Source: an uncultured Gammaproteobacteria bacterium
Lineage (GTDB): Bacteria > Cyanobacteriota > Vampirovibrionia > LMEP-6097
DNA: 64,000 nt
Reading direction: 5' to 3'
Assembly: GCA_964512985.1 (NCBI GenBank)
Contig: CAZELI010000001.1
Coordinates: 31,191 to 95,190 of the forward strand
Each line of letters opens with the position of its first letter. Positions within the stretch are counted from its first letter, which is position 1. The notes below the pieces were generated by a model. That model saw nothing but the letters and a program-made list of their open reading frames with translations, was not told where the DNA came from and made no database searches. The translations under genes were made by a program, and so were the position numbers. This document shows positions 63,550 through 64,000 of the stretch, one piece after another.

Positions 63550-64000
63550 ATGATAACTACATCTGCCAAATACGATGTTTCAATCTTTATACCTGTTTAT
63601 AATGAAGAGGATAATATTATACTCTTGCAGGATAAGATTAGTGCTGCACTTAATGATCAAGGATTTACTTATGAAGTTATTTATGTAGATGATGGTAGTA
63701 AGGATGCGAGCTATTCTATTCTCAAACAGATCGCCAGTAAAAACTATAATATCAAAGTTATTAAATTCAGAAGGAATTTTGGACAAACTGCTGCTATGTC
63801 TGCTGGTATAGATGCTGCTGAAGGCAAAGTCTTAATTCCTATGGATTCTGACTTACAAAACGATCCTAGTGATGTGCCTAATCTCTTGAACAAAATTAAT
63901 GAAGGTTATGATGTGGTAAGTGGTTGGCGTAAAAATCGCAAAGATACTTTTATCGATCGTAAGCTTCCTTCAATGCTGGCTAATAAGCTTATCTCTTGGC
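63550..64000 (+). CDS. GT2-family glycosyltransferase (polyprenyl-phosphate sugar transferase-like), N-terminal part, runs off the window
   Basis: My translation: MITTSAKYDVSIFIPVYNEEDNI...VIYVDDGSKD...RRNFGQTAAMSAGI..MDSDLQND...VVSGWRKNRKD. These are typical GT2 (DPM1/ArnC-like) blocks. Confidence 0.8.
   Translation, partial: MITTSAKYDVSIFIPVYNEEDNIILLQDKISAALNDQGFTYEVIYVDDGSKDASYSILKQIASKNYNIKVIKFRRNFGQTAAMSAGIDAAEGKVLIPMDSDLQNDPSDVPNLLNKINEGYDVVSGWRKNRKDTFIDRKLPSMLANKLISW

Noticed and set aside
63580-63786. 68-aa minus-strand ORF at the window end
   Set aside because: It is antisense to the clear GT2 glycosyltransferase reading frame that starts at 63550.

Overview
Visibly AT-rich chromosomal segment from a diderm bacterium (outer-membrane barrel ending in Phe, type IV pilus PilC). 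I cannot place the lineage from sequence alone. A stand-alone ndhH/nuoD-type gene, dispersed his/ilv genes and a short four-domain S1 protein faintly suggest a cyanobacteria-related non-photosynthetic group (low confidence).

I count about 60 credible protein genes and one tRNA-Gly(GCC). I saw no rRNA, CRISPR array, integrase or transposase gene.

Housekeeping backbone: mutM, ilvD, msrAB, DEAD-box helicase, nuoD-gltB-gltD, glmU, thiL, coaD, rpsA, acyl-CoA synthetase, pilC, hisF.

Accessory content, left to right:
- an overlapping gene pair for an outer-membrane barrel and a His-rich secreted protein
- two tail-to-tail type II toxin-antitoxin modules
- two paralogous zinc-ribbon/HTH mini-proteins flanking msrAB
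- three copies of a ~0.2 kb MITE with 13-bp terminal inverted repeats, 9-bp target-site duplications and a GC-rich multi-hairpin core
- a second family of nested palindromic elements
- an arginase-fold protein that has lost most metal ligands
- a string of orphan genes ending in a SET-domain methyltransferase
- a tRNA-Gly remnant
- an orphan alpha-class DNA methyltransferase next to a small RHH gene
- an HNH/KilA-N islet
- a ~20 kb glycan island on the right-hand side. It holds an E1-type sugar 3-dehydrase, an FGGY kinase, a dehydroquinate-synthase-like cyclase, a NeuB-like synthase, a ThDP enzyme and SDRs. It also holds five TPR+GT41 (SPINDLY/OGT-like) modules packed into four genes, and a GT2.

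The best candidates for new biology are the glycan island with the GT41 expansion, and the MITE/palindromic-element families. All functional calls come from motif recognition by eye; no database search was possible.
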